IMG/VR virus record: IMGVR_UViG_3300008108_000033
Location: 16,754-80,753 of that record
Length of the DNA: 64,000 nucleotides
Origin: a virus
Strand: one strand, 5' to 3'
Part shown: positions 9,895 through 20,146 of the stretch, one piece after another
How positions within the stretch are numbered: the first letter of the stretch is position 1
How the letters are laid out: each line of letters opens with the position of its first letter
Position numbers and translations under genes: made by a program
The notes under the pieces: model-generated
What the model was told of the DNA's origin: nothing
What the model saw: only the letters and a program-made list of their open reading frames with translations
Database searches by the model: none

Positions 9895-12135
9895 ATGGCA
9901 GTTGATGTTACGGACATGAATAACGTGCAAGATGAAGATGGCAACGTAAGCGTGGAGTTTGTTGCGTCTTTGGCTGCTAAATTTCAAGAAGTAAATTCCT
10001 TCGTTAATCTTTACAGGCAGAAAGCAGAAGGGGAAATAAGTCCCGACCAAGGGTCTTATGGGGTTTATTTGGGATATTGTGTAGACACCTTAGACATTTA
10101 CAAACAAAACAGAATAAGATTTTTCTGCCCGCTTTTCCACAAGCCAGACACTCCTATCGGTTCTTTACCTTTTGCGATGCCAATTACCAGCTTCGGCGGC
10201 ATAGATGATTGCGGTGCCAACTGGGTTCCTCCTGCGGGTTCTACTGTGGCCTTGGTTTTTGAAGGTGGCGATAGACTTAGTCCATTTTATCTTGGAACGA
10301 CTTGGACTAGGCTAAATGGAAGTCTGTTTCAAGGAGAATTTTATAGTGTTCCCATGGCCGAGTATGACTTGTTGTATCAAGGACAAAGAGGTGGCTACCT
10401 TTGTGGTCCCAATAACGGCACACAACTGCTTCCTCCTTGGAACACAGAAAGTTACAACGGGTTTGACATTACTTCCATAGCTGATATCAACAACACGCCT
10501 AATCTTTTGCAAAAGATGACTTTTCCTAACATTTACGGTTTCAAAACTCCACAAAAACACATGATGAAGATGGTCGATGGCGATCCAAAGTGTAATCAAA
10601 AATGGAAAAGAATAGAAATATTATCTGGTTGTGGTAACTGGTTGATTATGAAAGACGACCATTTGCATTATTGCGGCCAGTGGGCGCATCCAGTATGCGG
10701 GGCTATACCGGGCGACACCAGTTGCCAAGTAGGAATAGTAAATCCTCCGCCGCAAACCGCACTCGACGCAAATGGAGTTCTTGTTCCATCAGAACCATCT
10801 GGTGGAATAAACGTTTTCAACGACGAAGTAAGCGAAATAGAGGATGCTTACGCGACAATAAATTTCTTTGGCGAAAAAAAGGAAGATCCACCCGGCGCAT
10901 CGGTGTGCGGCGGTCGAACGATTGGTGGAGATCCAGATTATCCCGGCAAAAACACACAGGTTGGCGCGAATCCATTTTTCAAACAGCAAAGCGAATGTCG
11001 GCCATATACAGGGCCCCAGACACCGCAAAATAATAAATGTGATTTGCCGCAAACAGGAATACAGTTGCTAAGCATTTCGGGCCATACTTTTGTCATGGAT
11101 GATTCAGTTCAGGCTCCCGAAGGTGGCATGGAATGGCAAAGAAGCACTCAGCCATTTTCATTTGGATGCACAAATAAGTTTTTAGGAAGAACATACTGGA
11201 GGAGCACTACCGGCCATCAAATTATGCTAGATGATAGTGAGCTTTTAGGATCACCAGAGCAAACTAGGAGTCAAACTAATGGAATACAGTTGCTTTCTGC
11301 TTTGGGCAACTCAATAACTCTGTGTGATTCGTCTGCAGGGCCATCATGCCCAAGCTTGGCGACAGAACAGCAGGGCATCAGCATGGTCAGCACCAGCGGC
11401 CACACTTTTACTATGAGCGATAATAATAATGATAGGCAGATTCCTTGTAGAAAAGGATATGGGGCCAGCTCGCCAGAAAATAACGCAAAACAAGCTTACG
11501 TCAGAATTAGAACCGGATATGGCACGACGATTGAAATGTACGACGGAGAAACCCAAAAGCACGCTACCGATTCTACATATTTCCAAATAACATCACCTCA
11601 AATTGGCAATAGTAGAGGTCCGCATATTATAAGATTACAGGAAAGAGAAACACAAAATGGATATGTGTACTTGCGCGCGGGCGGAGACTACAGACTAGAA
11701 ACCTTCGGTGGTGTTTCTGAAATAATTGGCATTCCCGATAATGAAGAAAGCGTTGGCAATAAAGTCACTCAGGTCAAAAACAACAACTTTGAAATTGTAA
11801 ATGAAACAAAATATCAGAAAAATAATTTGCATTTGAACATTAGCGACACAAAGGCTTTGGTTTTGGCAGGAAAAGACTACAATCAGAAGCCTACTAAAGA
11901 ACAACTCGATGCAGAAGAAGCAGCCAGAGCCGCCGGGCTGGAAGTTCCTCCACGCGAAAAAGTGCCAAACGTATGTCCTGTACTGGTTTTTGATGGTGCA
12001 AGAGGTCTTATTGTATTGAGCGACAGGTTTTTTGCTAGCGCAAGTCCTGAAGCTCCTCCAGCTAGCATATTTAATTTGACCCCGTTGACTCCGTATAAGA
12101 ACATCCAAGAGTTCAAAAAGGCTCTTAAATCATAA
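9895..12135 (+). CDS. gp5: Baseplate central spike, gp5/VgrG-like (OB-fold plus beta-helix repeats)
   Basis: OB-fold motif GYCVDTLD...NRIR...WVPPAGSTVALVFEGGD...PFYLG and repeated SGHxFxMDD/TGHQIMLDD units. Confidence 0.8.
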   Translation: MAVDVTDMNNVQDEDGNVSVEFVASLAAKFQEVNSFVNLYRQKAEGEISPDQGSYGVYLGYCVDTLDIYKQNRIRFFCPLFHKPDTPIGSLPFAMPITSFGGIDDCGANWVPPAGSTVALVFEGGDRLSPFYLGTTWTRLNGSLFQGEFYSVPMAEYDLLYQGQRGGYLCGPNNGTQLLPPWNTESYNGFDITSIADINNTPNLLQKMTFPNIYGFKTPQKHMMKMVDGDPKCNQKWKRIEILSGCGNWLIMKDDHLHYCGQWAHPVCGAIPGDTSCQVGIVNPPPQTALDANGVLVPSEPSGGINVFNDEVSEIEDAYATINFFGEKKEDPPGASVCGGRTIGGDPDYPGKNTQVGANPFFKQQSECRPYTGPQTPQNNKCDLPQTGIQLLSISGHTFVMDDSVQAPEGGMEWQRSTQPFSFGCTNKFLGRTYWRSTTGHQIMLDDSELLGSPEQTRSQTNGIQLLSALGNSITLCDSSAGPSCPSLATEQQGISMVSTSGHTFTMSDNNNDRQIPCRKGYGASSPENNAKQAYVRIRTGYGTTIEMYDGETQKHATDSTYFQITSPQIGNSRGPHIIRLQERETQNGYVYLRAGGDYRLETFGGVSEIIGIPDNEESVGNKVTQVKNNNFEIVNETKYQKNNLHLNISDTKALVLAGKDYNQKPTKEQLDAEEAARAAGLEVPPREKVPNVCPVLVFDGARGLIVLSDRFFASASPEAPPASIFNLTPLTPYKNIQEFKKALKS

Positions 12136-12203
12136 TACCACCTAAAGCACTATATAATTTATTAGGCTAAAAACTAATATAATTTAATAGTCTTTGGAGC
12201 AAT

Positions 12204-12620
12204 ATGGAACTTTTGGGATGTCCTTATCCTATTCAGAAAACGCCTTTAGGAACACTTCCGACCGTTTACGACGTGGAAGCTGTAAAGGCGGACATATTGC
12301 AGCTCATTTTGACTAATCCCGGTGAAAGAGTGATGATGCCAAATTTCGGCACACCACTTAGAAACCTTCTTTTTGAACAAAATGATCCATTGATATACGA
12401 AAAAATTAGGCAAGTAATTGTGGCATCTGTAACTCAGTGGGAACCGAGAATAGTTGTTACGGAAATTACTGTGACAGATGAAGCAAATAAATTGTCTGGG
12501 GACGCAGCAATAGCCGCAAATATGGACACAAATAGTGTTTACGTAAAATTGAGCTTTTATTTGCCTAATAAAATTCAAGCAGTAGAAAGATTGGTAATAA
12601 AACTACCAACAGGAGTGTAA
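12204..12620 (+). CDS. gp25: Baseplate wedge protein gp25/GPW family
   Basis: LILTNPGERVMMPNFGTPLRNLLFE...WEPRI signature. Confidence 0.92.
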   Translation: MELLGCPYPIQKTPLGTLPTVYDVEAVKADILQLILTNPGERVMMPNFGTPLRNLLFEQNDPLIYEKIRQVIVASVTQWEPRIVVTEITVTDEANKLSGDAAIAANMDTNSVYVKLSFYLPNKIQAVERLVIKLPTGV

Positions 12621-12621
12621 T

Positions 12622-14211
12622 ATGGCAGATATTTGTCCATTTGAGGTATTGCCAAGCAAGTTGACTTCAACGCCGAATAGAACCACTCCAGTAAGTCTTA
12701 ACTATACAAACCAAGACTTTTGGAGTTTAAAGAACCGATTGGTAGCGTATTGCAGAGATAATTTTGGATCTCAATTTAATGACTTTATTGAATCTGATTT
12801 GGCAATTATGCTCATCGAAAACTGGGCATTTATTGGTGATACATTAAGTTTCAAGACTGATCAAGTTGCTAATGAAGTTTTTATTGATACTGTATCTGAA
12901 TTAGACAGTGCGTTCAGACTTGCAAAGTTAGTTGGTTACCAGCCTACCCCTCCTATTGCTGGCAAAAGCCTGTGGACAGCAAAAATAAATACTCCGCAGG
13001 ACATAAACCTAATCATACCCACGCCATTAGAAATAGATTTAGTAAATAACAATATTCCAATTACGATAGAACTTTTCCCTGCAGATCAGTACGAAAGGCC
13101 ATTATTAGATCAGCCTATTATTATTCAGGCCGGAAATCTTCAAAATACAAACGTTGTTGGTCTGGAAGGGCAGACTTATACTCAAACTTTTGTTGGCACA
13201 GGAGACGTAAACCAAGTTTTAAATTTGGAATTTGCTCCAGTTCTTCTTGGAAGCATCAGAGTTTATGTAGATGGCCTTCAATGGAAGCAAGTTGAATTCT
13301 TCACCGAAAGCGCTCCGTTAGCAGAATATAGAATTGAATATAATTCGCAATATCAAGTTTTTGTTATTTTTGGAAATAATAGGGCAGGATTAGTGCCGCC
13401 AGATGGCGCGAACATAACTGTTGTTTACAGAGTGGGCGGCGGTGTTGTTGGAAACATAGTAAGTAATTTTATCAACACGGATATTTTGATTCCTCTTGAG
13501 GGTAGGGGATATAGTGTTCCTGTCAACTTTAGCAACTACACTAGAGGCAGATATGGGTACGACGGAGACACTATTGAAGACATTAGACGGAATTTGCCCG
13601 CGTGGACTAATGTTCAAAACAGGGCAGTAACAGGAACTGATTACAAAAATTTAGTAGACTTATTTACAACTGCATACAACGGCAGAACGGGAAAAGGACT
13701 TGCTACTTTGAGGCATAGCGGATGTAGCGCAAACCTTATTGTTTTATATGTTTTAGTATCAGAGGGCGTAGATGGGCTTGCTGCGCCATCATCGCAATTT
13801 AAAGTGGAACTTCAGGAATATCTGGATGGCAAGAAAATGCTCACAGATAGCATTACAATACAAGATGGATCCGTGGTATATGTGCAATTGAATATTGACG
13901 TATTCTTAACGCCGCAATATCAACCATTCGAAGAACAAATTACAACGCAGATTCTTGGCGCACTTACAACCTTTTTCAACGTAAAGAATTGGAACTATGG
14001 GCAGGCTCTAAGGCAAATAGACGTTTTGAAGTCTCTTGCCAATATAAATGAGCCTTATAAGTACGATATTCAATTTGTGGTTGAGCCGCAAAATTTGGCA
14101 AGTCCACTAGTTCCAAATAATCCCAATTTAACAAACTCTATGGAAGTTGTTCCGCAGTTTAATGCAATAATTAGACCCAGCAATGTTATTTTGAACTATA
14201 ATTACGAGTAA
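12622..14211 (+). CDS. gp6: Baseplate wedge protein gp6 / baseplate J-like
   Basis: LNYTNQDFWSLK, LAKLVGYQP, FGNNRAGLVPP, YRVGGGVVGN and QNRAVTGTDY motifs. Confidence 0.88.
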   Translation: MADICPFEVLPSKLTSTPNRTTPVSLNYTNQDFWSLKNRLVAYCRDNFGSQFNDFIESDLAIMLIENWAFIGDTLSFKTDQVANEVFIDTVSELDSAFRLAKLVGYQPTPPIAGKSLWTAKINTPQDINLIIPTPLEIDLVNNNIPITIELFPADQYERPLLDQPIIIQAGNLQNTNVVGLEGQTYTQTFVGTGDVNQVLNLEFAPVLLGSIRVYVDGLQWKQVEFFTESAPLAEYRIEYNSQYQVFVIFGNNRAGLVPPDGANITVVYRVGGGVVGNIVSNFINTDILIPLEGRGYSVPVNFSNYTRGRYGYDGDTIEDIRRNLPAWTNVQNRAVTGTDYKNLVDLFTTAYNGRTGKGLATLRHSGCSANLIVLYVLVSEGVDGLAAPSSQFKVELQEYLDGKKMLTDSITIQDGSVVYVQLNIDVFLTPQYQPFEEQITTQILGALTTFFNVKNWNYGQALRQIDVLKSLANINEPYKYDIQFVVEPQNLASPLVPNNPNLTNSMEVVPQFNAIIRPSNVILNYNYE

Positions 14212-14220
14212 TGGTGAAAG

Positions 14221-17200
14221 ATGCCTATTGTACCATATGACAAAAATCCGCAAACTTCAGACACTATACTGTTTGATTTATTCACGCCCATGTCGGATGG
14301 CTGTTTTACTCAACAGCCTGTATCTTTTGACTCAATAAAGATTTTCTTCATTTCTAGAAGTCCCGTATTAGCAAACGAATTCACAAATCAGCAAATTACT
14401 TACGATCCACTTTTGCAACGCGCAGTATATGTTGCAACAGAAGATTATTGTGTAGAAACAGACGAACAAATAAAACAGCATTTGCAAATACTAAAAGAAC
14501 GACTTGAATCTCAGCTTCTAAATAATGCTTTGGTTCCAACTACTGGGACAAATGTCGAGCCCGGTGCCGATACAAACACAACTTATTATTACGAATCTGT
14601 TAACGTATTTTGTGCTGGAATTGGTTGTGCTGACGGCGGAGCAGAACTTTGGATTCAAGGTGAAGATAATTCTACGGCTATAGTACAAAGAGTAGAAGAC
14701 GATCCGAAACTATCAAATGGACATTTTAGGTTTTTATGGATTCCGGGCCCAATTAAAGAAGGCGATTTTTTCATCTGTTACAGCTACAAGATGCAGAGTT
14801 CCGCTTACACAACCCAGACCATTACAAAATATTTGCACTTTTATGTATCTGCTGCTATTCAAACAGAGGTAGCAATACCATCTCACGCGTGCCCTCCTGA
14901 AAAATATTTCACTCTTTTGAACAACTATCTTCCAAGAATGTACTTTGAAAAATACAGTGTAAATGATGACAGTGTTTTTACTCTTGAAGCATTAAATCAA
15001 TCCATAGGAAAGTCCTTTACTGATATAGATAATCAGGTTTCTAGGCTTATAGATATTCTTGATGCAAATGTAACTCCTGAGCCTTATTTGACTTTGCTGG
15101 CAAATATGTTTGGATTAAAGTTAAGAAGCTTAGACATTACTAGATGGCGCGGACAAATCATAACGGCTGTTCCGCAATTTAAGAAAAAAGGCACTTTGGA
15201 ATCTTTGAAGCAAGCGTTTTCACAGGCAGGAATTACCTTAACCGACTATTTTCAATATTGGCAAATAGCATGGCCCCAAGTTTACACGCAAACACTGGTT
15301 TACACTAATAGCTACGAATTTGTTTTAGATGAATTTACTAGCGATAGTCTTTTAGATGATTACAGTGCTTTGTTTAAAATTCAACTAGCAGTTGCTGGCA
15401 CATCTTTGTGGGTTGATGAGAGCTTGTCTGTTGCATCATTTTCGCAGAATGCACAGGGCCAAACAGTTTTGACTTGGGATGCGTCCGTAAAAACTTTGTC
15501 AAATGGCGACCAAATTTTGATAACTTATGTCACAGAAAACATGACATCCACGCAGGTTGCATTATACGAATATTGGCGCGATTTCCTTCCTTTGCAAGAC
15601 TTTAGAGATTATTTTCTCATAACTCCAGATATGCCGCCAAAAAACTGGAATATGAGACTAATACTACAAGACGATCCTTTGTTCTCAGTTTTTATACCTG
15701 TTCTAAATCCATTTTATAATCCAATAGTTTTCGGACAAATTAGAACGGAATTCCCATACAGCGAAAATGTTTACAACATGGATGAGTACAACGGAAGCTT
15801 GCGCGATAGCACAAATCCAGCAGATATGGCACCTAGCTATCTGGAAACTTGTTCCGGAGCAATTAGTGCATACTATGGACTAACTTTGTTTGTGTCAAAC
15901 TTAAGCGATTTCAGAATTTCAGAATGTATAGGAATAGTCAATGACTATACACCATTTCATTCTGTTCTAAGAACTCTGAATGTTGTGGGAACATTCGAAG
16001 ATTTTATCTTGCCGCCAATAGAGAGAATCGAATGGCTTATAAACACAACTTACAATGACTACTTTATTGCTGGGGATGCTCAATTTGCATTTAATCGCCG
16101 ATCTTTGTTTTATAACTATGGAGCATCCATGGCTGCATATACTAATGCAGAACACCAGATGACATTTTTTAGAACTGATTTTGCAACAGAAAATATAACT
16201 CCATTACGCAATGGTGCTTTAAATGTTTACAATAAAAATATTGTAATTAAACCACAAAGAAATGTATTAAATTTCAATTCTTTAAATATTCAATTAACAG
16301 ACAATCTTCTGGAAATTTTAGACGGCCCAAAGCAAGGCAAATATGTAAATAAAATCCAAGATGTGCAGCCATATAGTTTAGTATTAGACGAGAGTGGAAC
16401 TCCCAAACCGTTTGCATCTATAACAGTAGGTTCGCCTTTTGGGTGGAGACTCAGCAATAATCTAACGACCCAAACTTTCACAGCATCTAATTTCTACCAA
16501 TTTTCTTTAACAGATAAAGATGTTAATTTTTTAAACATAGCTTATGAAAAAGATAATCAAATATATCACTATGCAGTAAAAACTAAGGTTGAAAACGGGC
16601 CCGAGGCAGATTATATTCAAATAAATGGAATAAATTATACGATTTTATATCTTAACAATAATGCAGTGTACTTGGAAAACAAAATTGCAAATCCCTTATC
16701 AGACGTGGATGCTGACGGAGTTACTTACAAAGTTATAATGTCTAGCACTAATGAAACAATTTTAACTAGTCTAACCGGAGAGTATAAGGTTTGCAAAATT
16801 GCAAAATTTACTGGAACTTATGATTTCGCTGCCATTTGTTATCCGGTTCCGGGCCCAGATTTATATTATTACGATAACACTACATCATCATATTACAAAT
16901 TTTATAGCATCGATCCCAATGATTCTATGACTTTTTATGTCATGGACTTTGATGTTGGACTTACGCCAGTTTCAAAAACAGGAACTATTTACAACAGATT
17001 GATTGAGACTATAGGATCTTTTGAATATACTGGCTTGGTAGCAGATATTTCGCCAACTATAACATTTTACAATCCAGAAACCGTAGTTTTTAGAAATCTT
17101 TTAATTCCCGAACGCACAATATTAACATTGGAAGTTGGATCATCATACTACGATTATTCTATATTTGTAAATTTTGTGGATCCTGATAAAACAGTTCATG

Positions 17201-17553
17201 ATGATAGAACTGTGGGGTTAGTTGAAATAAATGGTTATTTTTTAAGCGTAGGCACACAGATATCTGGCGGAGGGCAAAGTTTCGATTATGCCATAAACGA
17301 GTACAATATAATAAAGGAACCTAAAAGTGTTCAAGCAATAAACGGCCAAACATTGTATTATGTTGATAGAGCTGGCCAAGCTGTCTGGAATTACGAAACA
17401 AGTGGTGCTGGGGGTTTTATGTTAAATATGCAGGAAATGCAGCAACAACAAGGCACTTCGCAGCCAAATGATGTTGTAAAAACAAACGAATCAATATCTT
17501 TCGTTGTGCAAACAAAAGATGGTCAAACTCAAAAAAGTGGAGAAATAAAATGA
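14221..17553 (+). CDS. Large baseplate wedge protein (gp7 / P2 gpI-like domain)
   Basis: ILDANVTPEPYLTLLANMFG...FKKKGTLESLK is a gpI-like motif; the gene follows gp6. Confidence 0.7.
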   Translation: MPIVPYDKNPQTSDTILFDLFTPMSDGCFTQQPVSFDSIKIFFISRSPVLANEFTNQQITYDPLLQRAVYVATEDYCVETDEQIKQHLQILKERLESQLLNNALVPTTGTNVEPGADTNTTYYYESVNVFCAGIGCADGGAELWIQGEDNSTAIVQRVEDDPKLSNGHFRFLWIPGPIKEGDFFICYSYKMQSSAYTTQTITKYLHFYVSAAIQTEVAIPSHACPPEKYFTLLNNYLPRMYFEKYSVNDDSVFTLEALNQSIGKSFTDIDNQVSRLIDILDANVTPEPYLTLLANMFGLKLRSLDITRWRGQIITAVPQFKKKGTLESLKQAFSQAGITLTDYFQYWQIAWPQVYTQTLVYTNSYEFVLDEFTSDSLLDDYSALFKIQLAVAGTSLWVDESLSVASFSQNAQGQTVLTWDASVKTLSNGDQILITYVTENMTSTQVALYEYWRDFLPLQDFRDYFLITPDMPPKNWNMRLILQDDPLFSVFIPVLNPFYNPIVFGQIRTEFPYSENVYNMDEYNGSLRDSTNPADMAPSYLETCSGAISAYYGLTLFVSNLSDFRISECIGIVNDYTPFHSVLRTLNVVGTFEDFILPPIERIEWLINTTYNDYFIAGDAQFAFNRRSLFYNYGASMAAYTNAEHQMTFFRTDFATENITPLRNGALNVYNKNIVIKPQRNVLNFNSLNIQLTDNLLEILDGPKQGKYVNKIQDVQPYSLVLDESGTPKPFASITVGSPFGWRLSNNLTTQTFTASNFYQFSLTDKDVNFLNIAYEKDNQIYHYAVKTKVENGPEADYIQINGINYTILYLNNNAVYLENKIANPLSDVDADGVTYKVIMSSTNETILTSLTGEYKVCKIAKFTGTYDFAAICYPVPGPDLYYYDNTTSSYYKFYSIDPNDSMTFYVMDFDVGLTPVSKTGTIYNRLIETIGSFEYTGLVADISPTITFYNPETVVFRNLLIPERTILTLEVGSSYYDYSIFVNFVDPDKTVHDDRTVGLVEINGYFLSVGTQISGGGQSFDYAINEYNIIKEPKSVQAINGQTLYYVDRAGQAVWNYETSGAGGFMLNMQEMQQQQGTSQPNDVVKTNESISFVVQTKDGQTQKSGEIK

Positions 17554-18062
17554 ACGAGCAAACTGCAATAAGAACAATTGGTGATGTTCATTGTATTATA
17601 GAATATAGGAATGGCAAAAGATATGAAATGGGATTCCCAAACACCGTTTTGCTAGGTGGCCGAGAAGCCCTTGCGCAGGTTTTAACAAACACTTTGGGTA
17701 CATGCCCCAGTGTGAACTCAAGCGTTGCTACCAATTTAGTGCCAAGTCTTTACATAAACGCCATGCAGTTTGGCAATAATGGACTTGACGGAGAAACTCC
17801 GAAGGTTGTTAGTCCAAAAAGAACTTCACTTTTCGGACCTCCTGTTGCTACAAAATTAGTAAATAGTTATGTAAGTCAGAATGTTACTACGCAGGCTGTA
17901 TTCACTACAACTTTGCTTTTTGATGACGCTGTAGATATTTATCTTAGTGAAATGGCGCTTCAAATGACTAATAATGTTCTTTATAGCATGACTACATTCC
18001 CAAAGATTAAAAAGACAGCCGAAACTCAAATCACATTCAACTGGACGTTGAATTTCATCTAA
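17550..18062 (+). CDS. Tail fibre base / tail-collar-like structural protein
   Basis: NTVLLGGREALA...LSEMAL...FPKIKKT...FNWTLNF pattern typical of fibre-attachment domains. Confidence 0.6.
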   Translation: MNEQTAIRTIGDVHCIIEYRNGKRYEMGFPNTVLLGGREALAQVLTNTLGTCPSVNSSVATNLVPSLYINAMQFGNNGLDGETPKVVSPKRTSLFGPPVATKLVNSYVSQNVTTQAVFTTTLLFDDAVDIYLSEMALQMTNNVLYSMTTFPKIKKTAETQITFNWTLNFI

Positions 18063-18081
18063 ATTTTGTCTTGAGGAAATA

Positions 18082-18090
18082 ACTATAATA
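18082..18090 (+). promoter_or_regulatory. Recurrent (A/C)CTATAATA promoter-like motif (representative copy)
   Basis: Same or near-identical motif at 12149, 32571, 33552, 37639, 43828 (minus), 45658, 55384, 56230 and 57338, each just upstream of a gene or candidate RNA. Confidence 0.55.
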
Positions 18091-18117
18091 GAACTTTTAA
18101 TTAATTTAAGGTAAATT

Positions 18118-18948
18118 ATGCCAGAACTTCCAAATAATGTGCCACGTTATACATCTACGATGCCATACTATTGGACATACGATAATTTGCCAATAGATGG
18201 TCTGATTCAACGCGACGATATCATAAACGAACAAGTAGATGCGAATACTGCAATTTTAGAACAGGCTGCCGGCGATGCGGGAACTCTGCCAGTGCGTTTA
18301 AATCAATCTATGGATTCGCTTGGCAATTTAACTTCCTTGGCTGTTAATACTTCTTTGCACAACATTGGTTATCATACAGACGGCAAAGGACCAGATAATG
18401 TTTCGTATGTCAGGATGACTCAGGCCGAAAGAGATAAACTGGCAACCGTAGCAACTGATGCCACAAATTTTTCTGTACAAATACAAACGGCCACGGGAAC
18501 AGGCGGATCTTTAAATTTAGACTCTATTATTCTGTTTGACCAAAATTATTTGACTTTTGAACCCTCACCAACTGTTACTTGGTCCGTTGCAGATGGCCAA
18601 AAAGTTACGGCGAATGTAGTAGCCCAACCAGACGGTCACATGCATTACGATAGTGTTTTGCCTGTTCCTAGCACTCCGACTCCTGATTACAGAAACTATT
18701 TGACTGGCACAAGTGACCCATTTTTAAGCGGAAGTTTAAAAGTATACATCAATGGAATAAGGATTTACGACACAACAACTGTTTACGCCACATCTATGTC
18801 GGGTGTTGCATTGGTTGGAACTCCAACATTTCAGTGGGTTCCAAGAAGCTTTACTCCAACGGTTGACAAGCTTGGATTTAGTTTGAATTCTGGATTATCT
18901 AGCCAAGACGTTATTATGATTGATTTCCGCGTTAGCACCACAGCTTGA
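18118..18948 (+). CDS. Putative virion structural protein
   Basis: Lies in the tail module; C-terminal SLKVYINGIR...DVIMIDF beta-domain typical of tail-fibre-associated proteins. Confidence 0.5.
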   Translation: MPELPNNVPRYTSTMPYYWTYDNLPIDGLIQRDDIINEQVDANTAILEQAAGDAGTLPVRLNQSMDSLGNLTSLAVNTSLHNIGYHTDGKGPDNVSYVRMTQAERDKLATVATDATNFSVQIQTATGTGGSLNLDSIILFDQNYLTFEPSPTVTWSVADGQKVTANVVAQPDGHMHYDSVLPVPSTPTPDYRNYLTGTSDPFLSGSLKVYINGIRIYDTTTVYATSMSGVALVGTPTFQWVPRSFTPTVDKLGFSLNSGLSSQDVIMIDFRVSTTA

Positions 18949-18992
18949 TTTTTCGGTTAAATCATGTTCTAATTCCTTTAAGGGGGAATGAA

Positions 18993-19514
18993 ATGATTTA
19001 CTGTGAAAAAGAACTGAGTTTAACTGTGGGAATTTTGGCTGCAAATAAGTCATTCGAACAAATAAGGACAAGCTACGAATCGGTATTTTCGCTTCGCTAC
19101 GAAGCTTCTAGATTGGTAGCGATAATGGAATCTGAGGATGATTCAGAATTAAAACAAAAGAAAATTAATTACATAAAAAAAGGAATTTGTTTAACAAGCA
19201 TGATTGATGAACTTTGCAAAGTATCATCTACAGACTGGATTTACATAGTTTTTGCTGGCAGAAAATTACCAAAAAACATAGACGGCAAGCTTTCTAGATA
19301 TATACAAAGCTACAAAGATGTCATATTTCCTGTGGTCAACAGGGTTTGGAATTTCGTGGATGGCAGTTTGGATGGTCTTTTAATTAACAAAAAATTTCAT
19401 TCAGAAGTAGGCAATTTTGGTTCTGGAGATAATCTCAATTTTACTAAATTAGTTTGGGCAGACAAGGCAATGAGCCTTGGAGCCAGATTTAAAGCTATAG
19501 TTGGAGCAACATAA
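18993..19514 (+). CDS. Degenerate GT-A (family 2-like) glycosyltransferase-fold protein
   Basis: Start at ATG 18993 after AGGGGG. Pattern TDWIYIVFAG...LLINKKFHSEVGNF resembles GT2 but the DxD motif is absent. Confidence 0.4.
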   Translation: MIYCEKELSLTVGILAANKSFEQIRTSYESVFSLRYEASRLVAIMESEDDSELKQKKINYIKKGICLTSMIDELCKVSSTDWIYIVFAGRKLPKNIDGKLSRYIQSYKDVIFPVVNRVWNFVDGSLDGLLINKKFHSEVGNFGSGDNLNFTKLVWADKAMSLGARFKAIVGAT

Positions 19515-20137
19515 TGAGAGTTAAAGAAAAAGCAGACACAATTCTAGAATCTTGCTGGCTACCTTCTTGCCATTCCAATTTTCAGATTAAAAACTTCATA
19601 ATTGGAAAAGAATCCAGCAAAATAGGAAAAATGTGGCAGTGTATCAGGGAAATACAGTCCAGATCTGAGAGTCTTGATAATTTAGCAACAGATGCAGAAG
19701 AGTTAAATGACAATATTGAACTGGCAAAATTGGATGTTGAGGAAGAAAAGTCATTAGTAGCAGAATCCGAAATTGCGAAATCTCGAAAAATTATCAATAT
19801 CAGAAAAAAAGAAAGGGCTTTAAAAAAGCTTTTTAAAACCAAAAGTTTATTAGAAACCCAAAAAAGCAATGTAGAAAATGAATTGTCGGTATTCCTAGAA
19901 ACATTCGAAAGCCTAGGCGGAATTAGTGAATTCAAACAGTATAACGAAGAAGACGCGCAGCTTGAGTACTGGAATGGTAAATTTGAAACAGAATTCCTTA
20001 TTGCAAATCTTCTTGGACAGCCGCTAAGCCCAGAATTTGTCAAAAGTTGCTTGGCAGTGCCCATAAAGTCAAAAATATATGAAAATATCAAGGGCGCTCT
20101 CGATATAATTAATCAAAAACTGCTCAATAATAGATAA
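19514..20137 (+). CDS. Coiled-coil hypothetical protein (possible fibre assembly chaperone)
   Basis: Heptad-rich K/E sequence, translationally coupled to the upstream gene and sited just before the fibre genes. Function is inferred only. Confidence 0.45.
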   Translation: MRVKEKADTILESCWLPSCHSNFQIKNFIIGKESSKIGKMWQCIREIQSRSESLDNLATDAEELNDNIELAKLDVEEEKSLVAESEIAKSRKIINIRKKERALKKLFKTKSLLETQKSNVENELSVFLETFESLGGISEFKQYNEEDAQLEYWNGKFETEFLIANLLGQPLSPEFVKSCLAVPIKSKIYENIKGALDIINQKLLNNR

Positions 20138-20146
20138 CTAAGATAT

